Shown here piece after piece: positions 38,138 through 51,531 of a DNA stretch of 64,000 nucleotides (its first letter is position 1; every line of letters begins with the position of its first letter). Both the position numbers and the translations under genes were made by a program. The notes below the pieces were generated by a model. It was not told the DNA's origin. It saw only the letters and a program-made list of their open reading frames with translations, and searched no databases. Source of the stretch: Amphiscolops sp. MND2022 (lineage: Eukaryota); assembly GCA_964187785.1 (NCBI GenBank), contig OZ076409.1:59398001-59462000 (forward strand), written 5' to 3'.

Positions 38138-41020
38138 TCAATTTTCACGGACATCAATTTGGGCAATTTTGTAACATTTGGCACCTAATTTGGAACTTTT
38201 GTATATTTGGCAGGTACTTCTTTGTTTACTGACAAAATTCAACTAATTTACATCAAGATAATTGGTATTATAAAGTGTTTCAAAGGGGTTTTCAATTATT
38301 TCATTTCATTTACTATCTTAATACGTTAGACACAGATATTGTTCGCAAAAATTGGGGTTTATGTTTTTGGTTTTACATTTTCAATGATAAAATTAATATC
38401 AGGAGAATCTGCTAACTAAGGCGATTGTACCCATTATCTCAAACATTCGATTTGTCTTTCCAGACCCTTAAATTCACGAGTAATATAGAGAATGAAAGAA
38501 ATCACTATGTAAAATGCTAGCTTTGTTTACATGCAGTCCAAATCATATCTTACAAATAAGAGTTCATTTCTTTTCTTACATCATTGTATGTCGACATGAT
38601 AGTTTTCATTCATAATTCGTATGTACCACCCGTGAGTGCGTGGAGGGGAAATACAAAACATGAATTATGTGTAATTTTGATTTCCGAAAAAGGTGGCGCC
38701 TAAAGTCGCTGATAACTCGATTGTCGAATTCACCGATTTAACAAAAATAATCACGAGTTGGAAATAATGTGAAGCATTAAAAATGGACCCTCGTTATTCA
38801 ATAAATGTTAATGGACACCATGCCCCTTTTATTAAATGCAATTATTGCATTGAATGAAAAGATTAATTTTTCGAAAACCATTTAATGAAAACTTTATAAC
38901 AATGAATGGCCTTTCGATTCCTCCATTTTTGAACCAATTTTTTTTACTCAACCGATTTGGCTGAAATTTTGCACACAACTTTCTAATACTAGTCAACGTT
39001 ACCGGACCTGGCTGTTCTTCCTTAAATGCTTGTCTAAAACTGATCACTGAGCTCGCCCAAGATGTTTTGAATCGTCTCCGGTCCCCAGAGTTGACGATTG
39101 AAGTGAACAAATTTTACGGATTCTAAATTTTGTGGAAATATGGCCGACCGGCAATCGGTTAGAAAAAATATTGCTTGAATGAAAAAGACACTGGGGGGGG
39201 GGTTGGATGAAACACGTGGTCCCAAAAAAGTACGGAAAGTGCAAAACATTGTTGAAGTTTGAAAAAGTTAGTTGATATTTCGTAGAACCTACGAAAATTG
39301 TCACTAATTCGCAAAAATCGGAACATTCTTTTTTTTTGCTTTTTTAGGGTCATCAATCAAGAGGCTTTTTTAAATTACGAACCTCGGGTTTATCTTTGAA
39401 ATATCTTGCTAAATAGATGCTAGGTTTCATATCTGGAATCTGTGTTTAGCAATACCCACTAAATTATCCAGAAGTCGGTCAAAAAACGCATCAAAGTGTG
39501 AAATTGAATGAAATGTATTCATCAAAAGACAGAAATGTTTAAAGGCTTTTTAAATATGTACACTTTTCTCTAATGAACGGTCTCCTAAATCAATGAATGT
39601 GTTGCTGTTGAACTTTGCAGATGTTCATGCCCAGACAAAACTTGTACTGCTATTGCTTGAAACGGTTGGAATTTGAAAGTATTGTTGATTTTTAGTCGGC
39701 GCTTTATGAAGTGAAACGCGACTTCAACGGTGACCAAAATAGTTCTACGGAAATTCTACAAAGTTTAAAGGGGCCAAATTGTGCCATGATGAGGAACTTT
39801 TAAATGGCAGTCAATGTACAAGATAGGATTATGTCGACACCAATTATTTTATTGGACAAAACTTTCAACTCAAACGATATGGACATAATGGTATTTTAAC
39901 CTTGTGTCTCAAGATAATTATGTGTCTTTTAGATAATTATGCCCCCACGCGGCCGATTGGGTGGATTAGACACATGGTCCCTTAATAGAGATAAGAAAAT
40001 GTTTAGTCGACTTTTTTCCTATTTTTTTCTACTTTTCTAATAAATTTTAAAATTTATAGACGAAAAGTTCGTAGCACAAAATAGTTCATGGCGAAATATA
40101 TAAGCGTTCGACTATTTCTAAACTGTTCTCAGTCAAGATTTACAAGTTCATAAATCCCGCAATACGTAAAAATTATTTTTACCATCTTTTGCAAAACTGT
40201 CAAAAATTAAATAGAGCTGTTGATGTTGTGCATTAATACAATCATTGAAACTTGTTCACATCAAAAAATGTCCAAAGTTGACTATTGAAATATTTTGATT
40301 CAACGTTCAAGTAGAATGAAATCAACTTGACCCGTCGCAAAATCAAATTTTTCGTTTTGAAGTTCAAAGGAAAGCTTAGTGCACAAATGTTTAGACACTA
40401 CGGCAGCTATGCTTTTAAAATTCAAATTCTATGGTGAAGACCATACACATTGAACCTTATACATTAAAAACAAATACATTACCACTTAAGTATAGCTAAC
40501 GTTCGAAACATGGGGCGAATTGGAACTTATTCGCGGAGCATTGATCCAACAAAAATTTTCTCAGCATTTGCTTTTTCGGTACAAAATTCATAAATCTCAG
40601 GACCCCGAATTTGTTTTTTGAAAATATATTTTAGCTATAGCTAAAATCAGCAACAAAAAACAGACAATTAGCCGCAGAACGCGTTTGCACAAATGAAAAA
40701 GATTAACCGTGAAAACCTTTCTTTTGTAAAATGTTTGTTAAATGGCGCATGAAGAAAGGGTTTTGTTTTTCAACACACATATTACAACCAGAGCCGCATA
40801 TGCGGTAAAGTAGTCGGCTTAGGTCTTTTTCCTTCTGACTCGCTCCAATCCCAGTTATACGAATTTATTGAAATTGCACACATAGAGCATACTATGGTGT
40901 AGAAAATGACTGTAAAAATTTTTGTTCGAATCGTATGGACAGTTTTTGAAAAAATCGAAAAAAATTGAAAAATGACTGTTTTTTGGCCATTTTTGGGCTA
41001 ATTTTGGCTATGTTTCTCAC

Positions 41021-41707
41021 GTTTGAGTATCATTTCACCCCACGTTCATTTCACCCCATATCATTTCACCCCACATTCATTTCACCCCAGGTTCATTTCA
41101 CCCCAGGTTCATTTCACCCCAGGTTCATTTCACCCCACGTTCATTTAACCCCAAATTCATTTCATCCCACACTTAAATCATCAAATGCGTCTCAGATAAA
41201 TGACTATTGCCACCCAATTTCAATCTTAGCGCTAATAGAAAAGCGTCTTGGTTCTAATTACCAATTAGATAAGCAAACGATGCTTGCTATGTGAACCACA
41301 AAATCGGAACCGAAAAGTTTCACTTATCGGAATTGAAATACTTCAGATCAAGGAGCTCAGAAAAATCATTTTTTCTGTCAATCAAAATCTACAACTATGG
41401 ATGCTGCGAATTTTCAGCAAAAAATTCCTATTCCGTTTTCCTACGGCAAAAAATTTCCTACAGGCCAGAAACCTCAAAGCTAACTCAAAAACATCAAAGT
41501 TTAATTGTTGATTAACGTGAGACGCTTTTGTATAATTACAATATGGTGTGAAATGAAAGTGGGGTGAAATGAACGTGGGGTGAAATGAATGTGGGGTGAA
41601 ATGAATGTGGGGTGAAATGAATGTGGGGTGAAATGAACGTGGGGTGAAATGATATGGGGTGAAATGATATGGGGTGAAATGATTTTGGGGTGAAATGAAC
41701 GCACACC
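41021..41707. mobile_element. Non-autonomous foldback/MULE-like DNA transposon with tandem-repeat TIRs
   Basis: Arrays of 18-bp CATTTCACCCC units at 41030-41170 face inverted arrays at 41546-41700; exact 9-bp TSD GTTTCTCAC at 41012-41020 and 41708-41716. Confidence 0.85.
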
Positions 41708-44700
41708 GTTTCTCACATCCCAGCCATACAATTTTGATGCCTTTGAGCACACAGGGGTCCCTTTGGGTGTAGAATGACTGTGCAAAATTTCATGAAAATC
41801 GTATGGACAGTTTTTGAGAAATTTGAAATTTTCATGAAAAGGTCGGGAGAAAAAAAACAAAAAAAACGACACGATTGGATAAGTAGTCGAAAATTTTTTC
41901 CGACTCCTAAAAACTCGGAAAGGCTGAAAGACACTTATCAAAGACTCAGAGAAGGTTCAAATTTTATCTTTCTTAGGTTGAAGTTGCGAACAAAAAATGT
42001 TTGAAACTAAACTCTTTACAAATAATTTAATGCGTTTTAGTTTTTCAAAAATTGTCTGTTTTGACTCGCTTTTTTGTTTTTTTTGTGTGTGTTTTTAATC
42101 TGATAATGACATAAGCTTAACATTTGTAGAAAAATCTCAACTTTTTCTCTCTCATTTTCGAAAGTCTAATCTATCAGTCAAGTCAACAAGACACCCACTG
42201 AGCAGCGGAAAACTCTCCGACCAATTGATTCCAGCTCCGACATACTTCTAAGGCTCGAATGTAGCTAGCAAAAAATAAAAAAATGGAAAATTTGACACTC
42301 CGGTTCATCTCATCCCTTTTCTGAAGAACTTCTCTGCACAAAAATTTGCAAAAAATAATTGTTTTGCTGATGAACCTCATACACACAGAAAAGCCTAGAA
42401 CGGTACACAACAAACATCAAACACTGACAGTTTTGGTGAATTTTGGTTAATTTTATACCTTTTTAGAAATAAAAACTCCATATTTTGCTTTACACGAGTA
42501 TGCTAAGCAGTAAATAACTGTTATTGAAACCTCAATACTTATACTTCAATAACGTTCAATTATGTAACCCAATTGCATTAAACAAAACACATATCTGCTT
42601 CGATTTCAAAATATATACCATAATAAGCTACGGTGCCAAAAATAGAGCCAAGCATGAGTATCCAGAGAGCCCAATGGCAAAATGCTTGGATCCCTATCAT
42701 ACTTGTTCTAAATCAATAGAGTTTTATGGAAACGCTCAAAAATAGCTGAGACACGTGACTTCTTAAATTCGTGAGCGTTTCTGGCAGCATAACTTTATCA
42801 ATTTCGAAACTCGAGAATCTTGTTTAGATCGTTGGCATACTTTTTAACAGAAAACAAAGTTTTTCAAAGAAGAAAGTACTTAGAGCAAACAGAAAACCAC
42901 CAAACAAAATTAATTGTTCAAAAAGTGTTTTTTATTTGGATGATATTTTGTTACAATGGTATTTTTTGTCCTCGAAATGGAGAAAGGATGTTATTTTTGT
43001 TCTTTTTTGGCATTTTCGAATTTTCTTGTACTATACCTCGGACACCAGTGATAATAGAAAAAAGCGACAGAAGCAAATAATGTAGCCTCTAATCTTTTCT
43101 CGAGATTTCATTTCAGAGACTTATCCTGAAAATCCTGTCTCGAGGAGCTAATAAAAATGGTTGTAAAAAATTTCCAACAATTTTGAATTATTTATACGTA
43201 AATTTTACAAACTTTGGCTGTTGATGTTTCACACAAAAGTTTTCAAAAAAGTTGAAACTTTAAAAAGTGGAAAAACAGCCAATTATGCGAACTTTGCATA
43301 AAGCGTTTTTTGTAACAACCAGAGGATTTCGAGATATTTGTGATAAAATTGAAACACTGCAAAATATCAAAAAAAAACAGCCAAGTGATTCAACTCTTGC
43401 AACTTTCTTTCTAATTTGAAGCACAATGGCATTGTAATAATGAAAACCTAAGTTTTACGTTTGAGACTTTTTGCTGAATGCATATCCAAATAAAGGATCC
43501 AATGCGTTTCCACGATACTTGTTTGTTGTTTTTGGAAACAGTGTAAAACTCTGAGACTTGTTTTTATATTCAACCCGAAAACCTCTCACACTTTGTTTTA
43601 CCTGTCGCCAAAAATGATAATCATACGCCGTTGGAGATAAATTTTTAATATATAAATCGATGCGTTAAAATTTGTCTAAATTATAAATGCGTATATTTCC
43701 TTTTCATCTTTGATGTATTCGAACACATGATAGATTTTTAGAATATCATTAGCGACAGTTCCGATGATAAAAGTGAGTTCAATGACTTCTATTTAAAATT
43801 TAACTTTCCGCTTTGCTTCTACTTTCGATTTTTATAACCTCTCATTTCTAATTCCAGCGCAGAAAACTAAATCGTCATTTTCATCGATAAACGCTGTGGA
43901 CTTTTTATATTTTTGGCAATTACAAATAACTCCCTATAATTTTATGCGTATAAGCGAAAACAATTCGGCCGCTAAAAAATCGTGTTCTCATGTTAGAGAT
44001 ATTGAAGTCTGATGAATGAGCTGATTCTGGTATGGAGCGCTATTGCTTATTTGGCAAAATATGATATTACTAAGCCGACAAAACTTTCGATCACTTTGAG
44101 TATGAGACAGTGAAGGACGTCACCGATGAAAATGTTCACATCTCTCCACTCAGAATCAATTTCGAAAGGGAATTTCACTAAGGCCAAGATACCATACTGA
44201 AAATTGTCAAATTGTAACCCTAACCACCTAACTAAAACGGAAAATTCTCCCCAAACGGTTTTTCTCAAAGACTGTTAAACGTAGAGATCTGAAATTTGGC
44301 ACATGTATACCTGAGCTGTTATGCTACTCGTTTATGAAAACGAAACCGAGCCGAGACCCCCAGTCCTGGGCTATTAGCACCGGAAGTGACCTAGGTCGAC
44401 ACCGGTTGGACTCGTCGTCCCCGGATGGACTGGGACTCGTCAAAAGAACTCGTCGGCCAAGTAGAGGACAAGTCAGAAAATTGATATGTCAGAGGATGTT
44501 AAGCCGTTTGCGTGTATTTTGTTCGGAGCCCTATGACGCGTGTAGGAGGAGCACGTGACGCTATGTAAATCAACGCCGAATGTTATGTAAATCGTCACCA
44601 GTCGACCCAGGATCATGAAACTTGCCCAGGATGTTCACCTATCAACCCTAAGTAACATACATGAACGATACACTAATCAGTCCACCACGCGCGTAGTATT

Positions 44701-46964
44701 ATTTGTTTAAGACACGCGGGATCCCGACCAATAAAAAACATTTGATGTTGGCTTGCAATATCTCAAAAGAACCGGAATGACGAATGTATTCGATTGCTAT
44801 TGTGAATGAAACCGTATTTATAACCCTGCGAGGGTAACCGCCTTAAGTAAACAAACCATACGCATATCATGTAACTCTGGAACCATTGACCCTAGGACGA
44901 TATAACTTGGCCTTTAGCAACTTTGAACAAGTACAAATTACTTCAAGGTCACGGAAGAACCTCAAGGTTTTTTTATATGCAACCCCTGAATACAATGGAG
45001 AACTTACGATGAAACATGTAAATCTGTGTCTTTTAGTGATTATTTATGCATTTCAATCAGACGAGAAGATTCACGATGTATCACACTTCGAACGATAAGA
45101 AAAGTGCTTCTGACGTGTTGAGAACATGTAAACCATGTATTTGAAAGTCATTGGGCGACTCTCGCGACATTAGAATAATCTTGCCGTTGGCGGCAAAGAT
45201 TTTTTAGTCGAATTATAGTTAGAAGTGCTCGCTATACCATAAAAGGAAAAGTTAAACATGAAGTCAAAAGCATGCAAAATTAAGGCACTGACGCCCAATA
45301 AAGTAAACGTGAAGTATGATAGAAACGTGAAGATGAAACTACCCAACCACGAGCGATGAATAAGTATAATGGAGGCGTGATTAGATGAAACAGAAAAGCC
45401 ACAACCGAGTTAGAGAGCTAGAAGTCAGTTTTGCCTCGACACAGGGGCACGAGATTCGAACTAGCTTGAGTAACTGGTCGTCGTTAACTCCGGGAGTCAT
45501 TGACAGAAATTGTACAAGTCCGGGACTTTTACGATTGCTTGATTCAGTTGGCTGGATCATTAAATATATTCCCTGGGTAATCAATTAGAAGATTGTCTTT
45601 CTTTATCGTGTTCTGTGATTTTATATTGATTTTTCAACTCGATTATCCATACACACCGTCTCAATGCGAATATAGAGCCGATAGAGCAATTTGGAGAGCA
45701 ACTAGTGTCAAGCTAGTCTTATTGCAGAAGCAAGAACTCACTATATAAAAAAACTTTTTCTGATAGAGTTAGATCCTGGGGAAATCTCTCCAGCCCTCGC
45801 TATCTAAAACTTCTTCAAAGGCAAAAAATTTTTCGATAACACTTCTGGAAACAAAATTTTTTTTTCTGTAACTCTTTTCTCAATATCCCCTGTGTTTTTT
45901 AACTGTGTCCTGATAATAATAATGTAAAGGGTAATTGTTAGGGTTGGAGTTAAATTGAGAATATTTGGCTATTTCCAGTTATATTTGAAAACATTTAAGA
46001 CGCCCGCTGAGTATCGCAATATTCCCCTCTGAATCAATATGGTATGAAACATTTGAAAATTATTCAAAAATTACACAAAAATTCAAGCGAAAGACCATGA
46101 TTTGATAACAATTTTATTGTACTTTTCATCGTAATTTTGTTATCACCAATTTTGAATTGTCAAAGTTTTCATTACCAGAATGTTGAATTGTATATCTTCG
46201 TATTTGCTTCGGGTAAATTTTTAGCAAGCATTTACTTTTATGAACAATCTTTCATGTATTTCCTATTGTATACTCAGTCTTAAAGGTTATTTCATGTTAC
46301 TTCCTTGTAATTCGAGCAATTTTTAAAGCCCTGTCGATTATTTGGCGAGTGAATCTCCACTTTGAGTAAAATGAATGGCATCTCAAAGCATCTTGCCAAT
46401 TTTTCTTCCTATTGAAGGCTGCCACAATTTTTCAACGAGACTCTTTGTTCGAAATATAGGTCTGTTTATTAGGAGCCTTTACAGTAGAACAAAAGCACAG
46501 AGGCAAAAACGCCACTTGTATTGAGAATCTTTTATTCAAGGTTTCATTGTTATTTTAGTTCCGTTCACCGGGAAAAAAACAATATCATATTTCCAAAAGT
46601 AAAAGTTAAAAAATGATAGGCAGAAGCTTCAGATTTGAAAGACATTAAAACAGTGGGATGGCTATAAAATTGAAAAGAAAACATCTGCCAATCTCTAAGA
46701 TATTTTCTGCTACTCTTGTGAAGATATTGGTTCGTACTTTGTTCTGAAAGCGGTCGCCCTAGAAAAAAAAAACAGAATTTTGGATGCTGCATCCACTCAT
46801 CAGACAAAGTGTTTTTGAGACGATAGCAACAGACCCCGCTTGAAGACAAATTTTTAACATGGCCTGCAACATACATGTATTCCACATGCTATGGCAGAAA
46901 ATTACAATAATTAGCAAACAACATATGAATAATTAATACCGGCTCAAATTTATGATTGACAACT

Positions 46965-47677
46965 TGTAACGGCACCCAATGATCAACGAAATTTAGGCTG
47001 ATGTTGAAAAATTCGTTCAAAACTGAAGTGGCACTCGAACATGGTTTAGCAAAGTACCTGTCAGCAGAAAGCGTAAAGAAATAGACAGAGAAGCGCCCCG
47101 CGAGAGAGAGCAAGAACAAAAAAGAGCGTGACAAGCACGAAAAGAGTCAAAAAGACAGCGAACTGGCTGTATCCACGGTGTTTGCCTGCTGAAATCATGG
47201 TTTCGCAGGATTTGCCCGGAAATCAGCATGAGAGCTTGAAGATTGCAGTATCCGTGCCCGAGGGTTGTGCCCAGCTCGAGCGCTGGTGTCATGCCGCCCG
47301 AACGCCCATTAACTTCGCTGAACTGGACTTCATTGTCGTAATTGATGTATTTGTTTGATTAATTATTAGCTCGATGGCTACCCCTACATTGTGAATTTAC
47401 CCAGATTCCCGTTGGTAAAATTCAGTTCTACACCTTGTTGTTTTTATGAGCTATCTACACGGTGGTTGTGAGAAGCACAATTCCTGTAATTCTTAGCAGT
47501 TACAGACTGGTACCAGGCCAGAGAGCATCTCTAGAGACGGTTCCCCCTCCTCGGGACCGGCTATCCTTAGGAGGACAAAGTGAGCTGATATCATGGTGGT
47601 TTGTTCCGGACCATATCCATGGTACCAGTTCCTCCTCTCCAATGTCACGATACAACCGCTTAGCGCTTGCCGTTACA
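46965..47677 (+). mobile_element. Diverged solo LTR related to the giant element, opposite orientation (713 bp)
   Basis: TGTAACGGCA...TGCCGTTACA; blocks AAAAATTCGTTCAAA.CTGA.GTGGCACTC.AACATG and TTAGCAGTTACAGACT...ACCAGGCCAGAGAG match the reverse complement of the main LTR; ACT on both sides. Confidence 0.88.
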
Positions 47678-48216
47678 ACTATAGGCCAGTATTGGATCTT
47701 TTTGTTAATTCTCCTCCCAAAGTAAGCGCGGAAATTTTAATTCCCCACCACTATCAGCGATGAGTTTCAGTTGCAGCAGTTAGAGTTATGAAATACTGCA
47801 ATTTGATTGGTTGTTACTATTAATTCAATGATAATTTCACTTGACCGTATAACTGGGGGGATTAAATTGGTGGGGGTGAAATTAATAGAAAAGATCCCCA
47901 GCTTTCATCCCTATACGTACATGCAAGTTCAAGCAAAGAGGCTTCATAAAGCAAATACCAGTAAAGCAAAACTAGAATTAAGAAATTGAAACCGTGTAAA
48001 TATCTCGATACCAGAATTTTCATTCATAATCAAGAGATTTTCGACAATTTTGAGGGAGTGTAAATGTTTGTAATGTAATTTAATAAAATTTAGTTTTTAA
48101 AATGTGTGTGAGCGGGTGAGAGCCCTTTTTGGTCAGTTTTCTTCATCAGTATTACCGTTTTTCTCAATTTTGTAGACAAAAACTAGAAATATTTGAAAAA
48201 ACATCAAATTTCTAAC

Positions 48217-48457
48217 CTTTTGTTTAGTCTTTCTCATTTTTCTGATGATGTTGAAGTAGCAGACGGCCATGAAGAGGGCCACAGATGTCGCAATCAGCAG
48301 TCTTTGCAACACCCAGGCGAGTTTGGCTGAAGAGTTGTTGGGGGCACTCACGCAGTTCCACACTCCGAATACGCATGACGTCATTGCCACGAAGACCAGG
48401 CTGAAGTAGGCTTTGACTTGCTTACGCCAAGCAAACAGCAGGTGGTATGAATGAGGT
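48217..48457 (-). CDS. Class A GPCR, exon encoding ICL2-TM4-TM5
   Basis: TTTGCAG...GTTAGA boundaries; translates (R)PHSYHLLF...YFSLVFVAMTSCVFGVW...LLIATSVALFMAVCYFNIIRKMRKTKQK. Confidence 0.85.
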
Positions 48458-48720
48458 CTGCAAACAAAAATTCAATATTGCACATTTCTTTAAAGAAAAT
48501 TTATTCCCTTTTATGATGAGTTTTTTCTCAGTGGAAGAAAGTTAATCAAAATTGTCAGCTTACTAGTCAATATTTTCAGCTTGCAAAATTTTCGACCTGA
48601 CAAACAAAATCTGCTTTGAATATTGAATTTCGGAACTAAATCAATTTTACTACTTTGGTTTCAATACTTTCCGAATTTTTTGATCATGAATGAAGATGAC
48701 TGAAGCATGAATGTGCATAC

Positions 48721-48871
48721 CTGCAGACGGCAAGAAACCGGTTGACGGACATGATACATATCATGCCGCTTGAATAAGTGTAGCTGATATCGAATGCAAT
48801 GTTTCCCACGATACACAGGTTGAGAAAACATCCCACATCTCTGGTGTTTGGTCGAAAGACCGCTGCTACTC
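48721..48871 (-). CDS. Class A GPCR, exon encoding ECL1-TM3
   Basis: TTTTCTAG...GTATGC boundaries; phase-compatible with both neighbours; translates ...DVGCFLNLC...SSGMICIMSVNRFLAVC (DRY motif as NRF). Confidence 0.85.
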
Positions 48872-49339
48872 CTAGAAAACATGGAAAACATTCATGGCTG
48901 CATCCAAGTGTGTTTGTTTATTGTTGTCATAAAACAGAAAAAAATACACGCGCTTAGTATTAGCATTTAATTTACTAGAAGTTAGTTTACTAGAACGGAT
49001 AAAACTAGTTTCAATTCATTTGAGCACCAATTCTAGGAAGTCTTGGAAAAAACGCTCGCTGATACAAGGATTTAGTATAAATTGATAGGAGATCTAATTT
49101 TGATCAGTTTTGGTCACTCAATTTTCAGAAAATCACACAGAAGTTCCATGCATTTGGAAAATGACTCACTATTTCCGTCAAAAGCAAGCAAATAGCTATC
49201 GGGCAAATAATCACAAAGTACAGCTCACCAGTCTTTTCAATTTGTTCAGGACATTTTTTTCGTATTAAAAAAGTTTCAGCGTTTCCGGTGGTGTGAGAAA
49301 GTTTTCGAAAAGAGTCGCACTAAAAATAGTATTACTTAC

Positions 49340-49474
49340 CTGTGAATATGAGTGAGAACAAACACATTAAAAGATCAACGAAAGCCAAGATGATGATGGG
49401 AAAATCGCCGGAACTTTTGTCCCGTTTTGACATGTAAACTCGGAGCACCAAGGAGTTGCCTAACACCCCAAAAA
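49340..49474 (-). CDS. Class A (rhodopsin-like) GPCR, exon encoding TM1-TM2
   Basis: AG...GTAAGT boundaries; translates FGVLGNSLVLRVY...PIIILAFVDLLMCLFSLIFT (GN and LAxxD motifs). An alternative in-frame acceptor would extend it to 49487. Confidence 0.85.
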
Positions 49475-51058
49475 CTGAAATCACCCACTGTGAATCATCA
49501 GAAACGCTCAAAAATTATTGTAATTCAGTCACATTTGAGACCCAGTTTGAGAAAGTTGAATTGGACAGCATGTGTAAAATTGAGTATATTATTTTTTATA
49601 TGTCAAGATGAAAAACAGCATAGGAAAAATGTTCATAAAAACATGCAAAATTCTTGTTGAACAGTGAAAGCTAACTGTGACTCCAACATGATAAGCTAAC
49701 TTACATATTGGATTCCATATAGGCTCAAGAAAAATTCGTTTTAAAAAAAGTTGACTTATAAGCATCAGTCTCATTATTTTTTGCAATGAGGTAGTATCAA
49801 ATTCAGACGGTATATACCGTGAATACTAGAATGATTAACTCGACGTTTAATGTTTTGCATTTTTTCTCCAAAATCTTTGATATTTTCTCTTAATCTTTGA
49901 TATTACTTTAGCATTTTTTTGGTTTCATTTTGAGTAGTTTGAGCTTTCCTGAGCTAAATAACGGGTGATTTGGTCCTTGCTCAGGCTGAGGTTGAAACAT
50001 TCGGAAATTTTTATCCCCGGTTGGGGTCCCAGCTCTGGGGGAAATATTTCACCCCCCATGCTTGAATCGGGTGGAAAAGTTGCAACAGATAGCGCCGCAA
50101 CCGCAAGGTCGTTGCTACTCAAGGAGTCAAACTGGTCGATCATTTTCATTCCGAAAGAAGCCGAAGAGAATCGTTTTAAATGCTGCAACTCAACAGGGAG
50201 AAAGCTGAAGAAAAGTGGAGAAATGTATGTATATGAATTTGGTATATAAATGTTTTCACGTGAGAGGTTTTAAATTAGAGAAATGAAAGCGAATAAATTT
50301 GTGTAAATAGGATGTGATTCAAATTTTTGGGTAGCTTCTAAAAATGTTAACAATTCACCAGGCTAAGTAAAGAAAAAATTAAATTAGGTGAACTGTTGAA
50401 TGCAGTTAAGCTCATGACAGGCATTGTTGATTTTTACAACTTAGGAGAAAATACAAAACATTATAGTTATTAGTTGTTTAGAGAAAACAGGCTCGTAGTT
50501 TTAACTAGCTTAATCTACTAGCTGATAACAAAGTCAAATGGAGAAATAATATTCTACCTTCAAAAATGAGGGAAAGCTCCATTAAAAAAGCGAAGCGACA
50601 ACAACTTTGAGCCAATCAAGTTTGAAAAACAAATGAAATTTATTTTTTCTCTAAAAGAGTCTGTCGAGCTAAATTAATCGAAAATTCTCGCTTTTCTGAT
50701 AATTGTCGGTAAAACGTAGAAACGCCGGTTATAATCTTGGCATTTATTGTCCAATGAAAAGAAGCGTAGCTCTAGAGAAAAGCTATCGACCAAAATTTGC
50801 GGAGAAAAACCCGAGTAGCTCTATTCGTTCAACTAACAACACTGCTTCTCCAATATGGAAATTATACTTTTTATTACCACTTCCTTTTGTAAGAAGGAGC
50901 TTCGAATTGCAAAGAATTATAGGAGTATATTTGAAGAAAGAGATGTCAGTTAATCTTCTCTCTTTTAGAAACAAATTCCTTTTTTAAAGCATATTTCCGG
51001 CACACTCTATAATAGTATTTTCTCAATGAATTTGAGTATTCTCAAGGTATTTTACGGC

Positions 51059-51187
51059 AATTGGCTTGGAATGAAATATCTTTGGCACCTTTTTTCCAAT
51101 CATAGAGCTTATAATGCTGTTCAGCATTTTAAACACTTATAATTAAAACAATATAGGGTGCCAGAAATATTTCATTCCAAGCTAATT
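51059..51187. repeat. Small hairpin/MITE-like inverted repeat
   Basis: ~33-bp arms AATTGGCTTGGAATGAAATATCTTTGGCACCT and AGGGTGCCAGAAATATTTCATTCCAAGCTAATT. Confidence 0.7.
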
Positions 51188-51531
51188 CAAATTTGTTTAC
51201 AGGTTTCCCTCCTTTCTATGAAGTTCGAACTAAAATTCACAAAAACTTTAAACTAAGCACCAGTTCAAAAAATTCTTAACCGAATAAGCCGTTTTAGAAC
51301 CTCGATACAGTGTCTGTGAAATAAAACATCCAATGAAAATGTTGAGGAGAGAATGTCAAACTCGAGACATGTTGATAAACTACCTGCCCGATAGACAGTT
51401 CCTTATTTCTGTTTGATCTAGTTTGATACGATGTATACATATATGCATTGATACACACTGAAACTACCTACATTAACGTTAGCATTGTTTTAATTCAACT
51501 TCTTAGTAACCCTCTCCATTAACCTACTATA

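Noticed and set aside
41030..41700. CRISPR-like arrays, or His/Pro-rich ORFs (SFHP/ISPH repeats)
   Set aside because: No unique spacers and a eukaryotic context; these are minisatellite arms of a DNA transposon, and the ORFs are by-products.
45440..45470. tRNA-like B box (GTTCGAATC) on the minus strand
   Set aside because: No A box or cloverleaf at the proper spacing.
31600..47000. Numerous 60-150-aa ORFs in AT-rich intergenic DNA
   Set aside because: No recognisable motifs, mostly non-ATG starts, and overlap with repeats.
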